From Flavobacteriaceae bacterium (GTDB lineage Bacteria; Bacteroidota; Bacteroidia; Flavobacteriales; Flavobacteriaceae), in the NCBI GenBank assembly GCA_020346245.1, contig CP070778.1, forward strand, positions 2,250,070 through 2,314,069: 64,000 nt of DNA. Direction: 5' to 3'. Of this stretch, positions 1 to 9,701 are shown in pieces. The position numbers and the translations under genes were made by a program. The notes under the pieces are model-generated. The model was not told where the DNA came from. It did not search any database and saw nothing but the letters and a program-made list of their open reading frames with translations. The first letter of the stretch is position 1. Each line of letters begins with the position of its first letter.

Positions 1-732
1 TGAAAAATATCCTTCTTTCCCAAAATTGGAAATTTCATAATTTACAAACCCTTCCGATTCCAATTTGTTAAGCAGCATATAAAACTGCTCTTGTGCCAGT
101 TCATCATCAACATCCGGAATCAGACCTTTTTCAATAAAGGCCTTCAATGCCGTTTTAGGTTCCACGGTTAGCGCATAACTTGAGATATGTGGCAAGTTAT
201 AAGATAATGCTTTGGCAATGTTCTCTTCCCAGCGTGTATTTGTCAAACCGGGTATACCGTAAATCAGGTCAATTGATATATTGTCAAAATGTTTCCTGGC
301 TTCATCTAGGCAACTATGGGCATCATCGGTAGTGTGTGCCCTATTCATCAATTTTAAATCCTGATCAAAAAAAGACTGTATGCCAATACTTAATCTGTTA
401 ATAGACGAATCGCTGAGTTCATGAATTTTGTTTACCGACAAATCATCGGGGTTGGCCTCCAATGTAATTTCCGGCATCTCTGCCAACTTATAATTCTTAC
501 TTATTTCACCAATTATTTGGTCAATTTCAATTGTTTCTAATAACGAAGGTGTGCCCCCACCAAAATAGATCGTTTCAATCTGCTCATTATTGAATTCCTC
601 TTTTCTCAAATACAACTCCTGTTTCAGAGCCAGGATCATAGCGTCTTTTTTGGACAGGCTGGTTGAAAAATGAAAGTCACAATAATAACAAGCTTGCCTG
701 CAAAAAGGGATATGGATATAAATGCCAGACAT
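1..732 (-). CDS. hemW: Radical SAM heme chaperone HemW (partial; 3' end beyond the window edge)
   Basis: Not in the ORF track. Manual translation from ATG at 732 gives MSGIYIHIPFCRQACYYCDFHFST (CxxxCxxC followed by DF rather than the GC of HemN) and later YFGGGTPS. Confidence 0.9.
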   Translation of the reverse strand, partial: MSGIYIHIPFCRQACYYCDFHFSTSLSKKDAMILALKQELYLRKEEFNNEQIETIYFGGGTPSLLETIEIDQIIGEISKNYKLAEMPEITLEANPDDLSVNKIHELSDSSINRLSIGIQSFFDQDLKLMNRAHTTDDAHSCLDEARKHFDNISIDLIYGIPGLTNTRWEENIAKALSYNLPHISSYALTVEPKTALKAFIEKGLIPDVDDELAQEQFYMLLNKLESEGFVNYEISNFGKEGYFS

Positions 733-1484
733 TATTGCTGTTTTAAAGCTACAATAATAAAAGAGATGATGGAAGCCAGGAGGACATAAAACACATAAGC
801 AAGAATGAAGGTAATAAAGGCTTTAATGCCCGTCAGCCATTTTCTGTGGCCGAAAAAAGAAACCATGGCATACACAAAATAAACAGTCATAACCAGTGTC
901 GACAAATACTGAATATTTTGATTGACATATCGGATGTAGAATAAATTCAACGTAACCAATAGCATATAGAATCCGATTAAATAAAAAGACACTGCAAAAT
1001 ACTCTGCCAGAGAATAATACCTGCGATAAAACAGTTTCATTGCCAGTGCCAGAACAGCCACTAAAATGAACAGGAGGCTGTTGATGTTTTCAATCATAAA
1101 TTCCCGGGCCTGATAAAGAAAATCTGAATCCACAAAGGGATTAGCTTCGGGATTTCCAATAATCTGTCCCAGTCCTTCAGACCCAACCAGCCAACGAATA
1201 AGGAGGTAAAACAGAGTAGTGAGGAGGAAAAAGGATATGGGCCTGTAATACCTTCTGCGCTTTCCATACAGGTAGTCTCTTAAAAGATAACCTGGATTTA
1301 TTACAAGCATTTTAAGGGTTTGGGGAAGCGGAGAATTCAGGGAGAGTAACTGGTCCGCAAGATCATGAAAGGTTTCTTTGAAGGTAATCTTATGCACAGA
1401 AGTTCTTTGACCGCAAGCAGGACAAAAACGACCCTGGCATGGTTGTTCACAATTATGACAATATCCATTATTATTCAAATTCAT
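732..1484 (-). CDS. DUF3667-like membrane protein with N-terminal zinc ribbon
   Basis: CHNC..CPACGQ zinc ribbon, PG...Y..GKR..Y..P motif, several TM helices; its stop overlaps the hemW start by 1 nt. Confidence 0.75.
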   Translation of the reverse strand: MNLNNNGYCHNCEQPCQGRFCPACGQRTSVHKITFKETFHDLADQLLSLNSPLPQTLKMLVINPGYLLRDYLYGKRRRYYRPISFFLLTTLFYLLIRWLVGSEGLGQIIGNPEANPFVDSDFLYQAREFMIENINSLLFILVAVLALAMKLFYRRYYSLAEYFAVSFYLIGFYMLLVTLNLFYIRYVNQNIQYLSTLVMTVYFVYAMVSFFGHRKWLTGIKAFITFILAYVFYVLLASIISFIIVALKQQ

Positions 1485-1487
1485 GAC

Positions 1488-2039
1488 TCATTTTAACCGG
1501 TCTTCATTCTGCTTGACAAAGGCAGTCCATCCGGTATAACTTTTACCTACCTCTACCCGGCTTTCATTGTAGAAATGACAAACTGCAGCCGCCAGACCAT
1601 CTGTGCTATCCAGATTTTTGGGAAGCGATTTTAATCCAAGTGTGCTTTGTAGCATTTTTGCAACTTGTTCCTTACTTGCATTTCCATTGCCGGTAATAGC
1701 CATTTTTATTTTTTTAGGTAAATATTCGGTTATTGGGATTTGCCTGGAGAGTCCGGCTGCCATGGCTACTCCCTGCGCCCTTCCCAGTTTTAGCATAGAC
1801 TGAACATTTTTTCCGTAAAAAGGAGCTTCAATGGCAATTTCATCGGGATGGTATGTGTCGATCAGTTCAATGGTTCGCTCAAAAATAAGCTTGAGTTTGG
1901 TAAAAGGGTCTTTGTATTTTTTAAGCAATAATTCATTCATTTGAATGAATGTCATCTTCTTACCGGTAACTTTTATAATCCCGAACCCCATGATGGAAGT
2001 TCCTGGATCAATCCCTAATATAATTTTTTCTTTTTGCAC
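1488..2039 (-). CDS. ruvC: Holliday junction resolvase RuvC
   Basis: ILGIDPG, IAIEAPF, GNGNASKEQV and DxxDGLAAA motifs; GTG start. Confidence 0.97.
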   Translation of the reverse strand: MQKEKIILGIDPGTSIMGFGIIKVTGKKMTFIQMNELLLKKYKDPFTKLKLIFERTIELIDTYHPDEIAIEAPFYGKNVQSMLKLGRAQGVAMAAGLSRQIPITEYLPKKIKMAITGNGNASKEQVAKMLQSTLGLKSLPKNLDSTDGLAAAVCHFYNESRVEVGKSYTGWTAFVKQNEDRLK

Positions 2040-2040
2040 G

Positions 2041-2526
2041 TTAATTAGTTTCCTCAGAATTTAAAACAATCGGGATCCTGAATTTAGCATTTACGGGCAT
2101 CCCCCTTTTTAAAGCAGGTCCCAGCGGAGGAAGACTTTTAAGACTTCTGCTGATAATACCATCAAATTCAGGAATCTGTTCCTGAATAATTCTGTTTTTA
2201 TCAATATTTAAAACACTTATTTTCCCTTCTTTATCCACCAGGAAATCTACATATACCGCTTCCTTAACATCTTTGTCTAATATAAATTCAAATTCCCCCA
2301 GGGTCATTGAAAAATGTAATAGCAATGTATTTTCAAAGCACTCTTTTTGGGTAGATTTGGATACCGTTTCGTCACAATCTTTAAAAAGGGGGAATTGATC
2401 AACATCATTCCAGTTGATTGCCTGTAATTCTTTTTCCACCAATTGTTGTGTTTTCACTTCTGAAGAAGTAAACAAATCACAGGAGGACAGCAAGCATAGA
2501 CAAGACAAAATTAGCAACTTCCTCAT
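2041..2526 (-). CDS. Lipoprotein with TonB C-terminal-like domain
   Basis: Lipobox LSSC; FPLFKDC, VDFLVDKEGKI and PALKRGMPV...FRIPI resemble the TonB_C domain. Confidence 0.6.
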   Translation of the reverse strand: MRKLLILSCLCLLSSCDLFTSSEVKTQQLVEKELQAINWNDVDQFPLFKDCDETVSKSTQKECFENTLLLHFSMTLGEFEFILDKDVKEAVYVDFLVDKEGKISVLNIDKNRIIQEQIPEFDGIISRSLKSLPPLGPALKRGMPVNAKFRIPIVLNSEETN

Positions 2527-2612
2527 TTAATAGGTATTCTTGCGGAAAAATACGACTTTTTCGGGCAAATAGGTCTCAGAAATTTTGGATTTCCCGGTTC
2601 CTTAAAAAGGCA

Positions 2613-2638
2613 TGTAACAAATAGACCCTATCTTCGTC
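2613..2638 (+). promoter_or_regulatory. Candidate ECF-sigma promoter (TGTAAC-N16-CGTC) upstream of the DUF456 gene
   Basis: TGTAAC at 2613-2618 and CGTC at 2635-2638, 19 nt before the ATG at 2658. Confidence 0.45.
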
Positions 2639-2657
2639 CTATAGCAAATCATTTTTT

Positions 2658-3179
2658 ATGGACATTACCTTGTTCTTTTTGGGATTCATTTTCATGATAG
2701 TGGGCATTTTTGGAAGTTTTTTACCCGTACTGCCCGGTCCTCCTATTAGCTGGATAGGGTTATTGTTATTGGTCCTTACAAAGGCAATTCCTAATGACTG
2801 GTGGTTTTTGGGGATCACTTTTTTGGTTGCGGCTATTGTATTTGCATTAGATTACTTAATCCCTGCTATAGGCACCAGAAAGTTTGGTGGAAGCAAAGCC
2901 GGAATGGCAGGAACCGTTATAGGGCTGCTTGTTGCCATTTTATTTCCAATCCTGGGTATTTTTGGAATAATAATCTGGCCGTTTATTGGAGCGCTGATAG
3001 GGGAACTCATTAACAAAGCAGATAATAAAACTGCACTGAAGGCTGCTTTCGGGTCATTTGTGGGCTTTCTAACCGGCACCTTCCTTAAATTTGTAGTAAC
3101 AATAATTTATCTGGGACTTTTTATTGCCAAAACATGGGATTACAAACAAGCCTTGTTCCCGTTTTTTTATAGTTCTTAA
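2658..3179 (+). CDS. DUF456 family membrane protein
   Basis: PVLPGPP, DYLIPAIGTRKFGGS and GPF-like WPFIGA motifs; hydrophobic throughout. Confidence 0.8.
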   Translation: MDITLFFLGFIFMIVGIFGSFLPVLPGPPISWIGLLLLVLTKAIPNDWWFLGITFLVAAIVFALDYLIPAIGTRKFGGSKAGMAGTVIGLLVAILFPILGIFGIIIWPFIGALIGELINKADNKTALKAAFGSFVGFLTGTFLKFVVTIIYLGLFIAKTWDYKQALFPFFYSS

Positions 3180-3730
3180 TTAAACCATACCACTTTGTCC
3201 TGAATAGGTTTTCTTTCCCCAACAGAAATTTCCTCTTCATATCGTCCCATATATAAAAATCCGAGGCATTTCTCACCATCTGCAAGTTCAATAAACTCCC
3301 CCATATATTTTATAAGGCCCGGAGAGCTCCAATAACAACCAATTCCCATTTCGGTGCAGCAAAGCCACATATTCTGAACGGCCATTGAAGTAGCGGCAAT
3401 TTCTTCCCATTCCGGAAGACTTTCTTTTGGATCTCTTTGCATACATATTGCTATTACTGCCGCCGACCTGCGTGGGTTATCGAGAAGTTTTTCTATTTTA
3501 AAATTTTTAGGATTTGTTTCGGTCTCTTTATATTTTTTTGCGAGGAACTGGCCCAATTCCTCTTTTGAATTTTGCCAAAAGACTTTGAACCGCCAGGGTT
3601 CCGTTTTTTTGTGGGTAGGTGCCCAATTGGCCGATTCGAGGATTTTTTCAATCTCCGATTTATTTATCGCCTGCTTGCTATATTGCGCAGGAAATACAGA
3701 ACGCCTCTTCTTAATCAGTTCATATACCAT
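3176..3730 (-). CDS. Nitroreductase family protein (YdjA-like)
   Basis: RRSV, WAPTH..EPWRF and AVQNMWL...GIGCYWSS motifs. Confidence 0.9.
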   Translation of the reverse strand: MVYELIKKRRSVFPAQYSKQAINKSEIEKILESANWAPTHKKTEPWRFKVFWQNSKEELGQFLAKKYKETETNPKNFKIEKLLDNPRRSAAVIAICMQRDPKESLPEWEEIAATSMAVQNMWLCCTEMGIGCYWSSPGLIKYMGEFIELADGEKCLGFLYMGRYEEEISVGERKPIQDKVVWFN

Positions 3731-3855
3731 ACTAAACTTTTTGGTTTTGCAAAGTTAGAACTTCTATGTAATATAATATTCAAATTAAAGTGGGGTAACA
3801 ATCCCATTTTTCTGAAACTTAATGAATACATTTATAGTACCAAAAATTTGATTTA

Positions 3856-5436
3856 ATGGTTTCATCAACGCTAACCTTTCTGTATGGGGAGGACGAACTT
3901 AGTTGCAGTGTAGCCCAGGGAATTGCAACTGGATCTGTTCAAGGAAAATTATCGGATACCGCAAGAAAACGGGTTCGGAATAGCACGCTTGTAGTTGAAA
4001 ACATAGTTGAAAAAGGAGAGGCTGTCTATGGGATAAATACAGGATTCGGACCCCTGTGTACCACTAACATTTCTAAAGAAGAAACCAGAATTTTGCAAAC
4101 AAACATCCTCAAAAGCCACAGTGTTGGTGTAGGCAAGCCAATTAAACCTGAATTGGCTAAACTGATGCTTATTTTAAAAATTCACGCTCTCGCCAGGGGT
4201 TATTCAGGGATAGCTGAGGAAACTTTAGACCGAATTCTCTGGCATATAGAAAACAATGTCATTCCGGTAGTACCATCACAGGGTTCCGTAGGGGCTTCTG
4301 GTGATCTGGCACCGCTCGCACATCTTTTTTTACCGCTTATAGGTTTTGGCAAAGTGTTTTATGAAGGCGCTAGCATTGAGACCGAGGAATTATTCAGAAT
4401 TACAGGACTTAAGCCACTAAAATTAGGGCCTAAAGAAGGGTTGGCTCTTATAAATGGCACTCAATTTATTACGGCACATGCCATAAAAGTATTGGACAAA
4501 TTTCACAATTGTCTGAATCATGCAGATATTATAGGCGCCATGATGGTTGAGGGTTTACAAGGCTCCATAAAACCTTTTTACCCTGAATTGCATGGTTTAC
4601 GGCCTTTTAAAGGAAATATTCATGTTGCAGAGCGGGTTAAGCTACTCCTGAAAGGATCTGAGATCATGGAAAATCATATTGATTGTGAACGTGTGCAGGA
4701 TCCCTATTCTTTGCGATGTATTCCTCAGGTTCACGGCGCTTCCAGAAATACCTGGTTGCACCTCAAGGAATTGGTTCATGTAGAATTAAATTCAGTAACA
4801 GATAATCCCATTATTTTTAATGAAGAATTGACAATTAGCGGCGGTAATTTTCACGGGCAGCCGTTGGCCATGGCATTGGATTATGCGTGTCTGGCAGCGT
4901 CGGAACTAGGTAATATATCAGATAGGCGCATATACCTTGCTCTGGAGGGCAATAGTCCCGGAGTTCCAAAATTGTTAATGGAAGATACGGGCATTAACTC
5001 AGGATACATGATCCTTCAATATACTACCGCTGCTTTGGCCAGTGAAAATAAAGGACTTTGTTTTCCTTCGAGCGCGGATAGCATCCCTACTTCAATGGGG
5101 CAGGAAGACCATGTTAGCATGGGTTCTATAGGAGCAAGAAAAGCCCTGCGCGTTCTTAGAAATCTCGAAAAAATATTAGCCATAGAACTCCTGACTGCAA
5201 CCCAGGCTTTTGAATTCAGGAAACCTTTAAAATCGGGAATATTACTTGATGAAGTGCATAAAGAAGTTCGTAAAAAAGTAGCCTTTGCCAAAAATGACCG
5301 GGTTTTTTCGGAGGATATAGAGCAGGGGATAGAATTAGTACAGAATCATACCATTATAAAACGTATTCATGAGGTGTGTAAAAGAGAGCATCTTTCATTG
5401 AAGACAACTTATTCAGACGAGTTTGAAAATTATTAA
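3856..5436 (+). CDS. hutH: Histidine ammonia-lyase
   Basis: VYGINTGFG, MIO-forming GSVGASGDLAPL, QDPYSLRC and GGNFHG motifs. Confidence 0.97.
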   Translation: MVSSTLTFLYGEDELSCSVAQGIATGSVQGKLSDTARKRVRNSTLVVENIVEKGEAVYGINTGFGPLCTTNISKEETRILQTNILKSHSVGVGKPIKPELAKLMLILKIHALARGYSGIAEETLDRILWHIENNVIPVVPSQGSVGASGDLAPLAHLFLPLIGFGKVFYEGASIETEELFRITGLKPLKLGPKEGLALINGTQFITAHAIKVLDKFHNCLNHADIIGAMMVEGLQGSIKPFYPELHGLRPFKGNIHVAERVKLLLKGSEIMENHIDCERVQDPYSLRCIPQVHGASRNTWLHLKELVHVELNSVTDNPIIFNEELTISGGNFHGQPLAMALDYACLAASELGNISDRRIYLALEGNSPGVPKLLMEDTGINSGYMILQYTTAALASENKGLCFPSSADSIPTSMGQEDHVSMGSIGARKALRVLRNLEKILAIELLTATQAFEFRKPLKSGILLDEVHKEVRKKVAFAKNDRVFSEDIEQGIELVQNHTIIKRIHEVCKREHLSLKTTYSDEFENY

Positions 5437-6698
5437 TGACCATGAATGAATTAACACTTATTGGCCCCTTAAGCCAGGTAATCCCGATGACCGGAATAGC
5501 TTTAAAGGGACCTGTATCAGATAGTCAGCTTCAGCCCATTGAAGATGCAGGAATTCTTTGCATTGATGGCCTGGTTAAATCTATAGACAATTATAAAAAA
5601 CTCTTATCTGAGGTAAAAGAACTGGATGTACAATTAATTCAATTAGAGGGAAATCATAGTTGTCTTCCGGGCTTTGTAGATTCTCATACACATATTTGTT
5701 TTGGAGGGTCGCGTGCCAGGGATTACGCCATGAGAAATGCCGGCAAAACATATTTGGAAATAGCAGAAGAAGGGGGTGGTATCTGGGACACCGTACAACA
5801 GACAAGGAAGGCTGACCAAAAAGGATTGGTCAGGGGAATACTTAAAAGGGCCAAACAGCATCTAAGAAATGGTGTTACCACCACTGAGGTAAAAAGTGGT
5901 TACGGCCTTTCTGTAGATGCAGAACTAAAAATGCTAAACGCAATAAAAGAGGCTGATAAGCAGTCTCCGCTGGATTTTATTTCCACTTGTTTAGCAGCAC
6001 ATATGCTCCCCAGAGATTTTAATGGCAGTTCATCAGAATATCTTTCAGAAATAAGTGAGCAATTGTTCCCGATATTGAAAAAAGACAAATTGGCAAACAG
6101 GGTTGATGCTTTTATTGAGAAAGGGGCATTTAGTGAAGCAGAAATCGCTCCTTACCTAACAAAAGCTGTTGAAATGGGTTTTGATATTACCATACACGCA
6201 GATCAGTTTTCAGTTGGGGGAAGTACGGTTGCGGTTAAATTTAATGCTGTCAGTGCAGATCATTTGGAAGCAAGTACATCTCATGAAATAGAATTACTGG
6301 CTAAAAGCAATGTCATTGCCACAGCCTTACCGGGGGCTTCATTAGGCCTGGGCTGTAATTTTACTCCGGCCAGGAAAATGCTGGATGCAGGTGGTGCCCT
6401 GGCTATTGCCAGTGATCACAATCCGGGTTCTGCTCCTATGGGAGACCTTCTTACCCAGGCGGCTATATTAGGAACCATGGAAAAATTAACGAATGCGGAA
6501 GTATTGGCAGGAATCACATGCCGAGCTGCTGCTGCTCTCAATCTTGATGACCGCGGAAAATTGAAACCGGGTTATTTTGCCGATTTTAGTTTATTTCATA
6601 CTGCTGATTTTAATGAAGTCCTTTATAACCAGGGGGCTTTCAAACCATGTATGGTATTTAAAAAAGGGAAATTAATCTACGACAAACATAACCCTTAG
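5436..6698 (+). CDS. hutI: Imidazolonepropionase
   Basis: PGFVDSHTH, GGGI..TV, EVKSGYGL, HADQF, DHLE and DHNPG motifs; 1-nt overlap with hutH. Confidence 0.96.
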   Translation: MTMNELTLIGPLSQVIPMTGIALKGPVSDSQLQPIEDAGILCIDGLVKSIDNYKKLLSEVKELDVQLIQLEGNHSCLPGFVDSHTHICFGGSRARDYAMRNAGKTYLEIAEEGGGIWDTVQQTRKADQKGLVRGILKRAKQHLRNGVTTTEVKSGYGLSVDAELKMLNAIKEADKQSPLDFISTCLAAHMLPRDFNGSSSEYLSEISEQLFPILKKDKLANRVDAFIEKGAFSEAEIAPYLTKAVEMGFDITIHADQFSVGGSTVAVKFNAVSADHLEASTSHEIELLAKSNVIATALPGASLGLGCNFTPARKMLDAGGALAIASDHNPGSAPMGDLLTQAAILGTMEKLTNAEVLAGITCRAAAALNLDDRGKLKPGYFADFSLFHTADFNEVLYNQGAFKPCMVFKKGKLIYDKHNP

Positions 6699-6703
6699 AA
6701 AAG

Positions 6704-8728
6704 ATGCGTAATTCTAAAACACAACTGAGTTTTCGCGATGAGATCCTAATGGGAATTCCGAAGGAATTACCCGCAGCAAAATCACGTATTCCTGATTTGA
6801 ATCATGCACCAAAGAGAAAGGAAATACTGAGCCGGGAAGAGAAAAAACTGGCCATAAGAAATGCACTTCGCTATTTTCCTGAGGCCTGGCACAGTGAGCT
6901 TTCTAAAGAGTTTGCTGTGGAATTGGAAAAATATGGCCGAATCTATATGTATCGATTTAAACCGGGATATAAAATGCAAGCCCGGCCAATTTCAGAATAT
7001 CCCGCAAAAACCATTGAGGGTGCAGCGATAATGCTTATGATACAGAATAATTTGGATCCCGAGGTAGCACAACATCCTGAAGAATTAATAACCTATGGAG
7101 GTAATGGTGCGGTCTTTCAGAACTGGGCGCAATATCTTCTTACTATGAAGTATTTGGCTATCATGATTGAAGAACAAACCCTTCATATGTACTCAGGGCA
7201 TCCAATGGGATTGTTCCCTTCATCAAAGGACGCACCGAGAGTCGTAATTACCAACGGTATGATGATTCCTAACTATTCCTCTCAGGACGATTGGGAAAAA
7301 TTCAATGCTCTTGGCGTAACACAATACGGGCAAATGACTGCCGGTTCTTATATGTATATTGGCCCACAGGGTATAGTGCATGGAACCGCGATTACGGTTA
7401 TGAATGCATTTAGGAAGGTTTTGTCAAAATCGGAATCCCCAAAGGGTAAAATATTTCTCACTGCGGGCCTGGGCGGCATGAGTGGTGCTCAGCCAAAAGC
7501 CGGCAATATTGCTGGCTGTATTACAGTTTGCGCAGAGGTAAATGAGGCGGCTGCAACGAAAAGATTTGAACAGGGTTGGGTAGATGAGCTACATAAAACT
7601 TTTGATACGCTGATTCCCCGAACCAAAGAAGCCATAAATAAGCATGAAATAGTATCCCTAGCTTATGTGGGTAATGTAGTGGATGTTTGGGAACGGTTTA
7701 ATGAAGAAGGGCTGGTCATTCACCTCGGATCCGATCAAACCTCTTTACACAATCCATGGGCCGGAGGGTATTACCCGGTTGGACTGACCTTTGAGGAAGC
7801 AAACACAATGATGGCAGAAAATCCGGGACTCTTTAAGGAAAAGGTGCAGGAATCTTTAAGGCGACAGGTGAATGCGATCAATAAACATGCAGCAAAAGGA
7901 ACCTATTTCTTTGACTATGGCAATGCTTTTTTACTGGAAGCTTCAAGGGCTGGTGCGGATATCATGTCTGAAAACAATATAGATTTTAAATATCCATCTT
8001 ATGTTCAGGATATTTTGGGCCCAATGTGTTTTGACTATGGATTTGGCCCATTCAGGTGGGTTTGTACTTCTGGCAATCCTGAAGACCTGCAGAAGACAGA
8101 CGAGATAGCTTTAAGCGCAATGGAGCAAATCAGGAACTCAGCCCCGGAAGAGATTCAGCAGCAAATGGAGGATAATATAAAATGGATTCGTGAAGCAGAT
8201 TCCAATAAGCTGGTGGTAGGTTCACAGGCCAGGATTTTATATGCAGATGCAGAAGGAAGGATTAAAATTGCCGAGGCTTTTAATGCAGCTGTTAACTCAG
8301 GTGAAATTTCCGCTCCAGTTGTCCTTGGCAGGGACCACCATGACGTAAGTGGCACAGATTCACCATTCAGGGAAACCAGTAATATTTATGATGGAAGCCA
8401 GTTTACAGCAGACATGGCTATCCACAACGTAATAGGAGACAGTTTTAGAGGTGCAAGCTGGGTTTCTATTCACAACGGTGGCGGGGTTGGATGGGGCGAA
8501 GTTATCAACGGTGGTTTCGGGATGGTACTCGATGGTTCAGAAGAGGCTGCAAAACGCTTAAAAAATATGCTGTTTTATGACGTAAATAATGGAATATCAC
8601 GCCGAAGCTGGGCCAGAAATAAAGAAGCACTATCTGCAATTAAAAGGGAAATGAAGCGAAGCCCGGGTCTAAAAGTTACATTACCCAACCTGGTAGCAGA
8701 TGACTTATTAGATGAACTATTTGAATAA
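6704..8728 (+). CDS. hutU: Urocanate hydratase (long, 674 aa form)
   Basis: NNLDPEVA, YGQMTAGS, GLGGMSGAQPKA, GRDHHDVSG and HNGGGVGWG motifs. Confidence 0.97.
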   Translation: MRNSKTQLSFRDEILMGIPKELPAAKSRIPDLNHAPKRKEILSREEKKLAIRNALRYFPEAWHSELSKEFAVELEKYGRIYMYRFKPGYKMQARPISEYPAKTIEGAAIMLMIQNNLDPEVAQHPEELITYGGNGAVFQNWAQYLLTMKYLAIMIEEQTLHMYSGHPMGLFPSSKDAPRVVITNGMMIPNYSSQDDWEKFNALGVTQYGQMTAGSYMYIGPQGIVHGTAITVMNAFRKVLSKSESPKGKIFLTAGLGGMSGAQPKAGNIAGCITVCAEVNEAAATKRFEQGWVDELHKTFDTLIPRTKEAINKHEIVSLAYVGNVVDVWERFNEEGLVIHLGSDQTSLHNPWAGGYYPVGLTFEEANTMMAENPGLFKEKVQESLRRQVNAINKHAAKGTYFFDYGNAFLLEASRAGADIMSENNIDFKYPSYVQDILGPMCFDYGFGPFRWVCTSGNPEDLQKTDEIALSAMEQIRNSAPEEIQQQMEDNIKWIREADSNKLVVGSQARILYADAEGRIKIAEAFNAAVNSGEISAPVVLGRDHHDVSGTDSPFRETSNIYDGSQFTADMAIHNVIGDSFRGASWVSIHNGGGVGWGEVINGGFGMVLDGSEEAAKRLKNMLFYDVNNGISRRSWARNKEALSAIKREMKRSPGLKVTLPNLVADDLLDELFE

Positions 8729-8732
8729 CCCA

Positions 8733-9701
8733 ATGAATTTGTACAAACCAACGGACGAACATATTTGGACAGGTCGTGAGGCCAGTAAGGATTTGTATGT
8801 TTATCAGAAAGTAAAACAAATTGACCTGGAAATTCAAAACATACCAATCACAGCAAATAATTCTTTCGTATTACTTGGTTATGAATGTGATGAAGGGGTA
8901 CGAAGAAACGGGGGAAGACCAGGTGCCAAAGAAGGGCCTCAGGCTGCCCTCAGTCAGTTGGCAAAACTCCCACATCATTTAGATGAAAGTACTGCTATTT
9001 TTGATGCAGGTAATGTAGTATGCCTTGGAGATGATATGGAGAAAGCGCAAAGCGTATTGGCTGAAAAGGTTACTCAAATATTGAATAATAAGGGGATGCC
9101 TTTATTGTTAGGGGGCGGTCATGATATTGCCTATGGCCATCTTAACGGAATTAAAAACTATGCTTCGAATGACCAAAAAATCGGGATCATAAATCTTGAT
9201 GCCCATTTCGATCTAAGATCCAATGAAAATAGCAATAATTCCGGCACCCCGTTTTATCAAATAGCAATTGATTGTAAAGAAGAAAATCTGGATTTTTCTT
9301 ATTTATGCCTGGGGATTAGAAATGATGCCAATGACAGTATTTTATTTCAGCGTGCCCGTGAATGGGACGTTAAATACATAGAGGCCGAACTCTTCCATAA
9401 GGAGAATACTTCTTACGTGATTAATAAAATAAATGAGTTCTGTAAGGATATTGATTTTATATATCTGACCATTGATTTAGATGGTTTTTCTTCTGCTTTT
9501 GCCCCTGGCGTTAGTGCGGCTTCGCCTATGGGTTTTTCTGTGGATATCGCCCTGGTTGCAATTCATACCATCATCGCAACTAACAAACTTATAAGTGTTG
9601 ACGTGGCTGAACTGAACCCAACCTATGACCGGGATGACCAAACAGCCAAACTGGTGGCAAGCCTGCTTCACTTCATTATACATAAAGTTGCACTACTCTA
9701 G
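8733..9701 (+). CDS. hutG: Formimidoylglutamase (arginase family)
   Basis: DEGVRRNGGRPGA, GGGHD, DAHFDLR and DLD..APGVSA motifs. I prefer the second ATG (8733) because it avoids overlap with hutU. Confidence 0.93.
   Translation: MNLYKPTDEHIWTGREASKDLYVYQKVKQIDLEIQNIPITANNSFVLLGYECDEGVRRNGGRPGAKEGPQAALSQLAKLPHHLDESTAIFDAGNVVCLGDDMEKAQSVLAEKVTQILNNKGMPLLLGGGHDIAYGHLNGIKNYASNDQKIGIINLDAHFDLRSNENSNNSGTPFYQIAIDCKEENLDFSYLCLGIRNDANDSILFQRAREWDVKYIEAELFHKENTSYVINKINEFCKDIDFIYLTIDLDGFSSAFAPGVSAASPMGFSVDIALVAIHTIIATNKLISVDVAELNPTYDRDDQTAKLVASLLHFIIHKVALL

Noticed and set aside
3572-3856. 94-aa ORF ending at the hutH start, considered as a His leader peptide
   Set aside because: Overlaps the nitroreductase antisense, has a single His and spans the promoter region.
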